Positions 51,431 to 64,000 of a stretch of 64,000 bases of DNA are shown in pieces; the stretch's first letter is position 1; each line of letters opens with the position of its first letter. Under the pieces are notes generated by a model, which saw nothing but the letters and a program-made list of their open reading frames with translations, was not told where the DNA came from and ran no database searches. Origin of the DNA: Stegostoma tigrinum (Eukaryota); contig NC_081375.1 of NCBI RefSeq assembly GCF_030684315.1, positions 11,170,252 through 11,234,251 of the forward strand, in the 5' to 3' direction. Made by a program: the position numbers and the translations under genes.

Positions 51431-52567
51431 GATGAAATGTAACTTTTGGTTTTGGAGCTGTCTGCAGAATAGTTAGGTCAGGATTTACACCATAGTTGGC
51501 TCAGGACCTAGCAACATCTCAATTATCTCAAGGGAATAAACACCACAATTAAAATTATATTTGGAATTCAAAATCTGGGTTCAAGCTCATACAACGTGTA
51601 CATACTGCAAGACCCGTAAGTCACATTATAGACCTTTCACCTATTATGTAAATTACAATCCCTTGCATGCCTTTTAATCTGTTTCGTGATGTTTGTCAGC
51701 AAATTAAAACAAAATAACAATGGTCAATGCCATCCAAAAATACCAGTAGTTACAATCCACATTACAGCATCAAAATATAAGTTAGGCTGAGTGACCAGAG
51801 ATGGAGAGGCAAGATATGAACATGTATGATTTCTGAGGAAGGCTATAACCAGCAGTGTTTGCTTGGGTGAAAGATTGCATAGATCTAAGTGGTTCTTGTC
51901 TCTTCTCTGTAAGTGCTTTGAACAAAGCTGTCTTTATAGAAATTTCTGAAGAAGTGTCCAGGCCCGAAATGTCAGCCTTCCTGCTCCTCTGATGCTGCAT
52001 AGCCTGCTGTGCTCATCCAGCTCTACACCTTGCTACCTTGTAGGATTTGGATTGATTTCCACAACTTAATGTGAGATTAACAACAACAGCTGGCATTTTT
52101 AAAGCAGGTTTATCATAACAAACATTGCAGGCAAGTTTAGCAGACAGAATCTCACACGAACCACACATGCAATAGTAGGGTGGGTGACTAAGTGATGGGT
52201 TTTGAAGACTACCTGTGAAGGGATTAAATGGAGAGACAGACAGGTGGAGGGGGTGAGAGATGGAATTCCAGAGGTTAGGACCCTGTTAGATGAAGGTGTA
52301 ACAGCTGAAGAGAGGGCAACCAAAGCTGGAGCTAAGAAAACTGGGGTGCTCAAGAGACCAGAGTTGGAAGGGCACAGGATACCATAGGGTTGTAAGGCTG
52401 GAGGCGACTATAAAGATAAGGAGGAGTGATTGGTGATAAGAATGAAAAATTTAAAACCAAGATATAATTATACAGTAGATTAGTCCATGAATCATTTGGT
52501 TAATTTGTTACAACATTATCTTTTTTAACTTCTTAGTAAATATGTGAAATGATAGGGTGTAGGGTGT

Positions 52568-52835
52568 AGGGTGGCACGGTGGCTCTGTGGTTAGCACTGC
52601 TGCCTCACAGCGCCAGGAACCCAGGTTCAATTCCACCCTTGGACAACTGCCTGTGTGCTCATTCTCCCTGTGTCTGCGTGGGCTTCTCCCACAATCCAAA
52701 GATGTGCAGGCTAGGTGGATGGCCATGCTAAATTGCCCATATGTAGATTAGGGGGATGGGTCTGGGTGGGATCCCTCTGAGGGTCAGTGTGGACTTGTCG
52801 GGCTGAAGGGCCTGTTTCCACACTGTAGGCATTCA
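52568..52835 (+). mobile_element. tRNA-derived SINE, HE1/V-SINE-like, internally deleted
   Basis: GGCACGGTGGCTCTGTGGTTAGCACTGC...GGTTCAATTCC head; same family as above. Confidence 0.85.
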
Positions 52836-54059
52836 ATGAAAATCTCTAAAATCATAATATTGTTCGCCCAGATCAGGCCATGCCAGAATAACTTTGGGCA
52901 CAAGACATTCATACAAGGAGGAGGCTTGCTGATGAGAACTGATGTTTGTATTAAAGAAAGATGTGAAGAAGTGTACTTTGCAACACATCCTGCTTGCAAG
53001 TCAGTAGGTTATCTGCTTATCGGTGAGCAATGCCATAGGCTTAGTGGGTTGGCTAGAAATAGGAAACAGAAGATCGTTGCATTAGAGTGTTAAATTCAAA
53101 AGCACACAATTTTGCAACAGCTGCAGTTGATTGTAGTAAGACAGTGTAAATATCTCTAAAGGGTTTGCAGAGTCATTGAGCCTAGAATGTTAACTCTATC
53201 TTTCTCCACAGATGCTACCAGATCTGCTGGGCTTCTCCAACACTTATTTCAGATCTCCAGCACCTGCATTACTTTTATCTGAAATAATTGTTTCTTTTAC
53301 ATAGTTGAGACATTTTTCCCCCTAAAATTTCAGTTTTCATAGTTGTGGTGCAGTTGAATCAATTTCAGAAAACCAATTGAACAGTGATGTGATGAAACTT
53401 GGATTCAATAAGTTCCACAGCACCTGAGAAGAGATGAACAGAATGTCATTTTGGGTCAATTACATTTTGTCAAAATTCAAGCTTTGATTCACAATCAAGT
53501 TTGGTTTTACAACCATATTGCTCTCCAATTTTATGAAATAAGGATTTTGATCCTATAGATGATATGTTCCATAATACTTGATGTTTCCTATAGTATTCTA
53601 CTAGGGTGGTATTAGTTTTAACATGTTGAGCAGCAATTTTCCAATTTAAACAAAATCAATTTGGAAAACAAAGCAGACTTAGTCTTGGAATGTGGAAACA
53701 AACAGCAATGTTGGATGTAAACAGGAAACTGGCTGATGGCTTAAATGGGTCATCTGGTGCTTTATTAACCCTTGCAACAATTGCGACTTTAAAGTAGATA
53801 AAATATATGATACTCCTTAGGAGTATTACCTGGAAAAAAATGTGACATTGAACAAGATGTTAAGAGAAAAGACCAAATGTTTAACCAAAGGTCTAGCTTT
53901 TAACATGGCCACAGATCACAAGGCTTTGTTCTTGTTTTGCAGATCAGCAATGGACAATAATTGGTTAAGTGGTGAAAAGTTAACCAGGGTTTCCATTCTG
54001 ACCACAAGTCCATCTGCAGAAAATTGTGGATATCAGGTCAGCTCAAGAATTTAAAGTTT

Positions 54060-54580
54060 TTGAGAAGATGTGTAGCTCGGGTTGTGGATGAGGTTGTAGA
54101 CATGCTCACTGAGCCCGTGGGTTTGATTACAGACGTTTTGTCACCCCGCTGGGTCACATGGTCAGTGCGTCTCTGGTGAAGCGTCGGTGTTCTGTCCTGC
54201 TTGTTATTTACATGCCTCTCATTGCTGGGGTGGTTGGTATTACTTCCAGTTCTGTTTTTCACTGGTTTGTCTTGTCACGACCAATTCTCACTGGCCTCAA
54301 TACTCATGGACAAAGAAGGGCACAAATTGAACACATCCATAATAGCACAAACCAAACAGAAACACACCAGGGAATTCCTGGAGGCCTGGCATTCCAACTG
54401 GAACTCCGTCAACAAACACATTGGACTGGACCCCATATCCAAACCACCCCAGCAAACCGAGGCACATAAATAACAAGTGGGACAGAACACCGACGCTTCA
54501 CTGGAGACACTCTGACCTAGCAGGGGGACTAAGCATCAATCGGCAATGGCGAGCAAGTCTACAACCGCAAACCCCAAATT
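54060..54580. mobile_element. Penelope/Poseidon-type PLE tail, fold-back arrangement
   Basis: 54060-54265 is antisense to about 54440-54580; plus strand encodes HTREFLEAWHSNWNSVNKH; same family as 42255-43690 and 44550-44645. Confidence 0.82.
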
Positions 54581-55279
54581 GGGTTGGAGTGTAATGTCCC
54601 CACCCACTCACAAATCTGAATTTCATGATGCAATGGCATACAGAGGAAGGATGTCCAGTGGGATGAAAGGGGACTGTAGGGTTCCACAAGAACCTCCAAG
54701 ATCCAGCTCTTTCTCAAAAGTGCAGCACCAGGCCAAAATTGCTGATGCTGCAGGGAGGTGGTGGTGTAGTGCTGATGTTACTAGACTAGGGATCCAGAGG
54801 CATTGGTGAATGTCCTGGGGACATGGGTTCAAATCCTACCACAGCAACTGGTGTGATTTGAATTCAATAAATTCTGCAACATGAAGCTAGTCAGATTGTG
54901 ACTGTGTAATGATCATTGGGGAAATCTGGTTTATTGATGTCCCTTACAGAAAGAAATCTTGCCTCGTGAGTCCTACAGGGGACTGTTGTCTACTTTCTGA
55001 AATGGCCTTGCAAGCTACTCAGTTTAATGGCAATTAGGAATGGGCAATAAATGCCAATGATTCCCACACTCCAAGCAAGTATTAAAAGAAAGGATTTAAA
55101 CCTTAGGGCTTTACAATTCTTTATCCACTAATTTCACACCGACAAATAACTCACCAAAGTAAGTCATTGTCAAATTCATTGAGGAAGAAAGGTAGACTTA
55201 GGTTGAGGAGGTAATTTGTAGAGGAAGAGGGCACCGAGAAAGTTGGTGGAAGGACAGACTGAGAACAACAAGGAACCAG

Positions 55280-56225
55280 AGAGACAGTAAGCATGGTAAA
55301 TGCTGGAGTCAGAGACAACACAGAGTGGAGCTGGAGGAACGCAGCAGGCTGGGCAGCATCAGAGGAGCAGGAAAATTGACGTTTCAGGTTGGGATCCTTC
55401 TTCAGAAATGGAGACGGAGAAAGAGAGCTGGGAAATAAATAGAGAAGAGGGGTGGGGCTGGGGTAGATAGGTGGGAGGGTGATAGGTGAGTGCAGGTAGG
55501 CAGTGGTGGGGATTGGTCAGTCAGCTGGGTGACATTGATAGGTGGGAGAGAAAATGACAGGTTGTGTCAGGGTCAAAGAAGCGAGGATGAGAGGGAGGGT
55601 TTGACGTGGGATAACGCCAGCGGGTGGGGAGATTTTAAAACTGGTGAATTCTATGTTTAGGCCATCAGGCTGTAGGCTCCTGAGGTGGAATATGAGATGT
55701 TGCCCCTCTAGTTTGTGGGTGGCATCATTGTGACACTGAAGGAGGCCCCGGATGAATATGTCACCCAGGGACTGAGACGGGGAGTTAAAATAGTTGGCGA
55801 CCAGAAAATGTTGTCATTTGTCACATACAGAGTGCAGATGCTCTAGAAAATGGTCTCCAAGTCTACGCTTGGTCTCACTGATGTAGAGGAGGCCACATTG
55901 GGAGCAGCGGATGCAGTCGACCAAGTTTATGGATGTGCACGTGAACCCCTGTCTGATGTGAAAGGTTTGTTTTGTGCCTTGAATGGAGGTGAGGGAGGAG
56001 TTGTAGGGGCAGGTGTAGCACTTCCTGCGGGTGCAGGGAACGTTACTGGGGGCTGGTGGGGTTAGTGGGGAGTGTGGAGTGGATGAGGGAGTCGCAGAGA
56101 GTGCGGTCCCTACGAAAGGCAGATAGGGGTTGGGAGGGAAATCTCTTTGGTTGTGGGTTCGGATTGTAGGTGGCGGAAATGGTGGAGAATGATACATTGG
56201 ATGTAGAGGTTGGTGGGGTGATATG
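55280..56225 (-). mobile_element. Older Neptune-type PLE subfamily, 3' portion
   Basis: ORF 55814..56254 (CTRRKCYTCP...CIRCSQCGLLYISETKRRLGDHFLEH); CTGAAGA-type HHR tail. Confidence 0.88.
55378..55405 (-). ncRNA. Minimal hammerhead core, CTGAAGA type
   Basis: Reverse complement CTGAAGAAGGATCCCAACCTGAAACGTC; helix II partly decayed. Confidence 0.6.
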
Positions 56226-57239
56226 TTTTGTTGGACAGAAAGATTGTGAGACAAGATGACCTTTCCAGTTCTTACAGGGTCCTGTTTTTATCACATTTTG
56301 TTTATGTCTGACAGAACATGGGATGGGAAGTGCAGCACAGACAAAGGTTGAGTTAATGCTAAGATGAGTCATTTTGTCTGGTTTTGTGAGAACCAACCAG
56401 CTCTTTGTGTCAGCTGCATTTCAAGAGACAGGAATGACGAATAAATTTGTAACAAGCCAGAAAAGGAAATCAGAGTTCAAAGTTCAGATAGTCTATGGGC
56501 ATCACTTGAACTCCTAGGAATGATGTGGTAAATTTACAATGTCACAGTCAGACAGTGCAATCTTGACCTCCAACTGTAATAACTATTGGGAACATCCCCA
56601 TGTAACTCAAGTCTATCAATGCTGCTGATCAGGAAAGGACCCAAACTAGGAGTGTGGCTTCTACCTTCTACCTTTTCCTGTGTTCCCGTTTTTTAAAAAC
56701 TATGTTTTTTTGTAAAACATAATCAGAGAATAGTTACAGTCTTTGTTCTCTGTAATTGTCCCTGCAACTGCATGGACCTCTTAGCTCTTGTGAATGTGTC
56801 TGGGAAGCACTCAGTCTGGCAACCAAGCAGATAAACAGCATAGAGGAGGCCATTTGGCCCATTAAGTCTTTGCTGTTTTCTAGAGGAATTCATTGCTAAA
56901 CCCTGCCTCTTTCCTGACCCGAAACATTAACTTGCCTGCTCCTCTGGTGCTGCTCAGCCTGCTGTGTTCCCCCAGCTTAATACTGTGTTGTCTCTGACTC
57001 CAGGATCTACAGTTCTTGCTATCTCCTGCCTCTTTCTTGTCACCCTGCATGTTTTTTTCTCTTCAGGTTACAACCCAGCCTTCTTTTGATATCCTCATGC
57101 ACTGTGTAAAAAAGTAAGTTAAAAAAATTCTAATGCCATTCAACAGTAGTGCCAACTTTATATTGATTAAGTAGTTAGAAATATCAACACTCCAACCCTG
57201 ACAATACGCTTGTAAACATTTTCTGAACCTTTTCAAGTT

Positions 57240-58300
57240 TAGAACAAAGAACAACGCAGCACAGGAAAAGGCCCTCCAAGCCTGCACCAATACAATTTGC
57301 GTTTCCGCACCAAAACTGTCTTCACTTACAGGATCTGTATCCCTCTAATCCCTTCCTTCCTTTCCAAGTTATTATCCAGGTGTTTCTTGAATGCTGATAT
57401 TGTGTCTGCTTCCACCAACTCCTCTGGCAGCACATTCCAGGCACTCACCACCTTTTGTGTTAAAACTTGCCTCACACATCTATTCTAAACATTCCCCCTC
57501 GCACCTTGAACCTGTGTCACCAGTAATTGACCCATCCACACTGGGAAAATGCCTCATACCTTCCACTCTATCCATGCCATTCACAGTCTTATACATCTTC
57601 TTATAGCAGGGAGACCGGGATTAAATGCAGTATTACAATAGTGGCTTAATCAATGTCCTGTACAGTTGTAATATGGCCTCCCAACACCTATATTCAATGC
57701 ACTGATCAATGAAGGCAAGCAAACCAAATGCCTTCTTCACTATCGTGTCTACTTGTGACTCAACTTGCAAAGAACTATGAATCTGGACTCCAAGGTCTCT
57801 TTGTTTGATAACATTCCCAAGGACTTACCATTTAAGTGTATAAATCCTGCCCTGGTTTTCCCTACCAAAACATAGCGCCTCACATTTAGCTAGATTAAAC
57901 TCCACCTGCCGCTCCTTGGCCCATCTAATCAAGGTCCCATTGTAATGGATATTGGTGAACAAGATAAATTAGGTGTACAAAATGATCAGATAGAGTGGAC
58001 AGCCAGAGACTTTTTCCTAGGGAAGAGGTAGCTATTACAAGGGGACATGGTTTTAAAGTGAGTGGAGGTAGATATAGGGGAGATGTCAGAGATAGGTTCT
58101 TTACTCAGGGAGTAGTCGGGGCGTGGAATGCATTGCCGGAGAGGGTAGTGGAGTCGGCCTCGTTAGGGGCATTTAAACGGCTATTAGATAGGTATATGGA
58201 TGATAGTATAAGGCAGTCGTGGAGGTTAGATAGACCTTAAGTTTAGGGTAAAAGTTTGGCACAACATCATGGGGCGAAGGGCCTGTACTTTTCTATGTTC
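57240..58300. mobile_element. Cluster of CR1 fragments (minus 57240-57945; younger plus copy 57965-58300)
   Basis: Plus ORF DSQRLFPR...TRGHGFKVSGGRYRGDVRDRFFTQGVVGAWNALP is a CR1 ORF2 end. Confidence 0.8.
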
Positions 58301-59559
58301 TAAGATGTGTTTTCATGACAATTGATAATGAATTGTCACCATTCATAGCTATCTTTTTAATTCCAGATATTTTTTCTATTGAATTCAATTTCACCATTTG
58401 CCATGATGGGATTTGAACCCCAGAACAATGTTCCAGGTTTTTGTTCCTTTATTCATTCATGGGATGAGGACCAGGGCAGCATTTATTGCCCATCCCTAAT
58501 TGCCCAGAAGGCAATTAAGAGTCAACCACATTGCTGTGGATCTGGAGTCACAAGTAGGCCAAATCAGGTAAGGATGGCAGTTTTCTTCCCTGACAATTAA
58601 CAATGATCAGACTCTGTAATTCCAGGTAGTTACTGAATTCAAATTCCACCATCTGCTGTGGCGGGATTTGAACCCAGGTCCCTGGAATGTTATCTGGGTC
58701 TCTGGAATAACAGTCCTGCAAATAATACTACTAGACCATCAGCTGGTCCTGGATTATGAGTCATTGTGAAGGAACAAAGCATCAATCCAAAGAGTAGGTG
58801 TTAATAAAGCTCAGCTCTGACTGAAAGCAAACCGAAGTCTCTGGTCTGGCTCCTGGCAGTACTAAAGAGGAAGATCATCCTAGTATCACTTATCAGAATG
58901 TACTTCTTTGGGTTAAAGTGATCAAAGGATATGAGGAGGAAATGGGAAGACTGTAGGGTTGTATGAGCAGCCGTGATGATATTAAATGGGGGAGCAGGCC
59001 AGAAAGCCTGAATGGCCTTCTCTTGTTCCTTTTTATTAAACATTACCCTCACACCTTAAACACTTCACCTGACAAAGGGGCAAAACCCTGAAAGCTTATG
59101 ATTTCAAATAAACCCATCGGACCGTAACCTGGTGTCATCTGATTTCTGACCTCATCCACACCAGTCCAATACCGGCACCTCCACATCACGACCCTTTTTT
59201 CTAAATTCATTGGGCGAGGACCTCACAGGGTCATCCAGCATTTATCAGCCATCACTAATTGCCCAGCTGGCAGTTAAGAGTCCACCACATTGCTGGGGGT
59301 CTGGAGTCACATGGAGGCTAGAATGTCAACTTCCTTACCTAAGGGAGGGGTAGTCATGAATCAGATGAGCTTCCCCAACCCCACCCCAGCCATGGTCTCT
59401 CAGTTGAATTCAAATACCAACATCTGCCTTGTCTGGATTTGAAAGCTGGCCCAGACCAGAAGCAGGGTCTCTGGGTGAACAGTCCAGTGATGATACACCA
59501 GGCCATTGCCTCCCTTTCTGTGAACAGTTGGTCCTTGAGTGGTCCAGGAGAGTCCGGCC

Positions 59560-59900
59560 GTGGGGGATGGAGGGAGGGAGGGAGGGAGGCGGCGCCGGAA
59601 GTGACGCGGGGCGGGCCCACCCGCTCGGTGCTGGGCGAAGAGATTCAGTCAGAGAGGAGCGCCCGCCCTCGGCAGACTACCGGAGAGGAGACAGGAACAG
59701 GGCCCGCTTGTGCTGGTCAGTATCGCCGAGCACGGTGCGGGCTGTGTGATCCCGGGGGAGTCCGCTCCCGATCCGTAACGGCTGCCGCCGCCCCTTCCCG
59801 GGGATTGGCGGGGGCGGGGGGAGGGTCGCATTTCCTCCCGCACTTTACGGCGGGAGCGCGCGGGGCGCTTCGCACCCCCCCCCCACGACCCTTGAGGCGG
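59560..59900 (+). promoter_or_regulatory. CpG-island promoter and non-coding first exon of a downstream plus-strand gene (possibly ARHGDIA by synteny)
   Basis: Overlapping ETS-CRE motif CCGGAAGTGACG (59595-59606) followed by a GC box; donor CTG|gtcagt at 59715/59716; no coding exon in the window. The gene identity is inference from human gene order only. Confidence 0.7.
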
Positions 59901-60446
59901 GAGCGCGCTACGCATTTCGTTTCCCTTCGTAGTAACGGGAGCGCGCAGGGGTTTCGCCCCCTCCTTTGCAGCGGAAGCGCGCGCAGGGGGTTTCGTTTCC
60001 CTTCCTAGTAACGGGAGCGCGCAGGGGGTTCGTTTCCCTTCCTAGTAACGGGAGCGCGCAGGGGGTTTCGTTTCCCTTCCTAGTAACGGGAGCGCGCAGG
60101 GGGTTCGTTTCCCTTCCTAGTAACGGGAGCGCGCAGGGGGGTTCGTTTCCCTTCCTAGTAACGGGAGCGCGCAGGGGGTTTCGTTTCCCTTCCTAGTAAC
60201 GGGAGCGCGCAGGGGGTTTCGTTTCCCTTCCTAGTAACGGGAGCGCGCAGGGGTTTCGTCCCCTCCCTTGTAGCGGGAGCGCGCGAGGGCTTTCGTTTCC
60301 CTTCCCGGTAGTGTGAGCGCGCAGGGGGTTTCGCCCGCCCCCTCTCCCTTGCAGCGGGAGCGCGCGAGGGGTTTCGCCCCCTCTCTTCTCGCGGCGGGAG
60401 CGCGCAGGGGGTTTCGTTTCTTTCCCTCCCTTGCATCGGGAGCGCG
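59899..60446. repeat. GC-rich minisatellite, 37-38 bp unit, about 14.5 copies
   Basis: Unit GGGAGCGCGCAGGGGGTT(T)CGTTTCCCTTCCTAGTAAC; near-perfect copies start at 60013, 60050, 60088, 60125, 60163 and 60201, with degenerate copies on both flanks. Confidence 0.97.
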
Positions 60447-60617
60447 TTCCACTCGTCTTAATCTACTGGTGAGTTTTTAAAAAATCCTGGAGGTTAGAGG
60501 CAGGAATGTTGCCGTTCTGATGGGAGGTGAACACAATGGGGAAGGGAAGGGAAGGGACGGGCAGGGAATGAGTTGTGCGGTGCAGAGGTCTTTTTTTCCC
60601 TCTGCTCCCTGAAGCAG

Positions 60618-60642
60618 GAATATGGCGGGTCACTTCCTGGTT
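60618..60642. promoter_or_regulatory. YY1-like and ETS motif pair in first intron
   Basis: AATATGGCGG adjacent to CACTTCCTG. Confidence 0.4.
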
Positions 60643-63600
60643 TGTGCCTTTATTTAAAAACTACAATGTGTGATTAATCAGAACAGTTAATAATCAGAAA
60701 CTGTACCATTCCACTGGGTGCTGCAGTTTAGTGAAGCACCAGATTTAATGAGCAGGTCCTAAGCATCCACCAGGCAGTTTAGAATAAATTGCATTTCATT
60801 TTTTTCCCCTCCTCTGGCAGCCTGTACAGAGAGAAACCTCGTGTGCTCCTGATAACCCAGTTTCCTGCCCCCTCCCCCTTCTCTTACCCTTTTTTATGGT
60901 TAGGGCGGTGTCCTCGCGCCCGTTCCGTGTCTGTACAGCGTGAACAGTAGACAGGAAACGTTGCTTTTAAAATCGGAAATTCGCTGCCCGTCTCTAATTC
61001 CATCTTCCATTCTTGTCAGTCGGAGCTCGCAAGTTGCCTTTGCATAAGCTTCATCGGTGGATCAGTGCGACAGGGCATAAAAAGGTGTCTTTGTACGTTA
61101 TATAAATGCTGTACGTTACGCTGTGTGTCACAAGCAGTTAGTACTTTCTCCTGTTTTTAGCTGGAGGGAAGTAGGCTGCAGCATGCCCTGCTAGCCGGCC
61201 ATATTGTTCGTTCATATTCTTCGCCAGAATGATTTGCAAACAAAACTGGGTTATAATTTTAAGACTGGTGTAACTGACACCAAGATAATTTATAATCAGA
61301 GGGAGTTTGTGGGCAAGTGAGAGGGCCGTTGTTTGTGCCCGTGGCTGTCTGCGAAAAAAACTCACTCCATCCCACTTATCTGCCATCTGTTTCTCTTCCT
61401 CACAATTTGCAGAAAACACCACACTGCTAGTCAGACAATCCTAACACAATGTGTTGAGTCCCTTCTTTCAGACCATAATTTATCTTTCTTCTTGCAGTCA
61501 TTTTTTTTTTGGTGGCACTGAGGAAGTTCAAGTTAACTTGCCCTCTGGTATCTATTGCCAGAGAGAACGCATTCAGGCCATCTTTTCTGTTCAGCTGGCT
61601 TTGTCAAAGCATTAAATCAATCCTTGTTGTAAAAATGAAGGACCGCATAATCTTCAAATATTTTCCAGTTTGGCTCTCTGTAGTTGCTGTGAACTTAACA
61701 TCAACTGCTTCCTTTGGTGAAGTGTGCCACGGTCTGCCAATTCTAAAATTTGTCTTAATGTCTCATGTTTTTCTGGAGCAGTGTTTATTGATCCTTTGTC
61801 GGAACCTTCAACTTGAAAAAATAATCTTCTATACAAGCAGTTCTTGTCTGCCTTGCTGCAATAGCAGCACTAACAAAGTGACAGGGAGGAGGAAGATAAT
61901 GTTATGTTTGTGGCAAACTTGTCATGTGTTGCATAAGTAAGGTTTGCTATTTGCAATTTGATATTTCAGCCTTGAGAAACAGTGGAACTCATTGATAAAC
62001 TTGAGGTTAATATTTTATCATTTTAACTAATAAATTTAAATGATAACTTCTGTCACTCATCAAAAATTGGATGGCTGTAACAAGGGGACAGTGGTGATTT
62101 AACCTGGTGGTGCTAGAAATGTGGCGGTTCTAAAAGCATTTGAACTCAACTTGCGGTTTGGGGAGACCGTGCAGTATTACAATGAATGGTTTTTGAAACA
62201 AATGTAGCAAGCCAGGTCTTTGCTAACCATTTAAAGAATGTTTGTTTAGACTATTGATACTCTTTAAATTTAATGTTTCCTTTCCTGATTGAAATGTACA
62301 AACTTTACTCTGCCCTTCCTCTAATTAAAAACATACTAAATTAGGGCTTTAACCAAGAAGAAATGCCTGCCTGCCCCTCACCAGTAGTCATGCACTGTTT
62401 TAAATATGCTGTTAGAATGATTTGTCATAATGGCCCACTTTTTTTTAATGAAACACTAGAGGAAGTAGATTCTTATTAGGTAACTATTTGACTTCATTTA
62501 TCAATTCAGTTGCTGGTATGTAATTTTAATTTATTTCTATTCTGCGGTATTGTTGACAGATTCTTTCCATTTAACAAGCCAGGGAGATAAGCCTCTTGTA
62601 GCTATTTGTAGGTTTCAATTTGCTCCCAGTGGAGAAATATTCAGTATCTGCCCTACTTTCTGTTTTCAATTTGCATTGTTAAGATTTGAATTGTTTGAAT
62701 AATTGCTATTTGAGGTATATTTTAGAAAGTTAAGGATTAATCTAACCACAGTATGTAAAATGTATCCCTCAAATGTGTTTTTCACCTAAATATTTGGGCC
62801 AAATTTTATTCATACCAAAACTTGGCTTTGTACATGGCTTAATCATCTTTCCTGGGTATAGACTTGTGAATTAGGTGGTGGTGTAGGGCATTTGGTCCTT
62901 TTTGTTGCTGTGCTACTTTTGTAAGACATTTAAGCGGCCTCAGTTTCATTTTCTTACTTATCACCAATACTGTTTGACTTTGGAAATTAATTCTGGAATA
63001 GCCTCACTGTCAATAAATTACCAGCACAACAATCCAATGCCTAAAAACTACAGTGATATGAAAAAATAACTTGGGCTCATGGTGACATACACCAAAAACA
63101 ATTAGGGCCTCTTCAAGAAGAAAGGGAAAGACTATCATTAGTCATTAAACTCAACTCCATATTATCATAGAAAGCAGTGTGTGGAGCTGGATGAACACAG
63201 CAGGTCAAGCAGCATCTTAAGAGCACAACTGGTTGGCCTGCTGTGTTCATTCAGCTCCACGCTTTATCTCGGATTCTCCAGCGTTTGCAGTTTCCATTAT
63301 CTCTCTCCATATTATCATACTTCAATGAATTTCAGGCTAGACATGATGTTGAACTCTCCTTTCATTGCTTCCATCTCTGTGCTCATTTCTTTAGACAAGA
63401 GCCCTCTGTGTCTCATCGATCCCTTCACCTGTCTCCATGCTCTTCCACCTGGACTCCCTCCTCTGGTCTTTTTCCTGCATGCAACCTTTTCATTGAGAAC
63501 TGTTGATGTGACATTAACTTAATTTTTCTGCCCCACTCGCCCTATCTCACTCTGAACTGACTACACTGTGTGCTGTCAGATCCAATCCTAACTGAGGTAC

Positions 63601-64000
63601 TGACACCTACACTGTAGAGGCTGAGCACCAGATCTCGGGCACAACCTCCTATTTCCCCCTGGCTAGACCCACCATTGAGCATAAGGCCATTGTGTCCATG
63701 ATTGTCATTAACTTCAACTCCTCTGGGGAATTCCCCTGACAGCTTCCTAGATTGTGGTCCCTCAACCCTGCTTCTATCTTCTCAAAATTTGCAAACAGGA
63801 CTTTTGGACAGACCCATTGTTTCTGCTTGTTCCTCTGCCGTGGATCTGATTTCTTTCTACGTTGATTAATTTTTTTTCTTTTCTTCCCTCATCCAGCCCC
63901 TCCTCACTTGACGTTGGTTTCAAAATTTCCAAATTTGCAGGCAGGAACCACTACCTCTTCACCATGGATATGCAATACCTTTATACATCCATTCCCCCAT

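Noticed and set aside
52568-52640. tRNA gene
   Set aside because: A/B boxes belong to a SINE head; no full cloverleaf.
59899-60446. CRISPR-like array, and ORFs 59966..60196 and 60155..60452
   Set aside because: Head-to-tail tandem units with no unique spacers in eukaryotic DNA; the ORFs are repeat translations.

Overview
Vertebrate genomic DNA, most likely an elasmobranch (shark): it carries HE1-type and Deu-domain SINEs and abundant CR1 and Penelope-like elements (PLEs). There are three CpG-island promoters. (1) The first coding exon of RGS9 lies on the minus strand (15143-15205); exon 2 was not found, so it is presumably left of the window. (2) A complete six-exon ALYREF/THOC4 gene (269 aa) lies on the plus strand (24345-31468), head-to-head with RGS9. 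(3) An ETS-CRE/GC-box promoter with a non-coding first exon and a 37-38 bp minisatellite lies at about 59.6-60.5 kb; this may be ARHGDIA, by synteny only. The most striking non-genic signal is roughly 25-30 intact or decayed minimal hammerhead-ribozyme (HHR) motifs (CTGANGA-stem-GAAAC-GTH) of at least four sequence types. They occur in PLE 3' tails, in short stand-alone elements of about 140 bp, and repeatedly in fold-back palindromic units with one HHR on each strand, some bounded by apparent target-site duplications. A candidate poison exon or recursive splice site sits in ALYREF intron 1. One 403-nt assembly gap is present. All calls were made by eye, without database searches.
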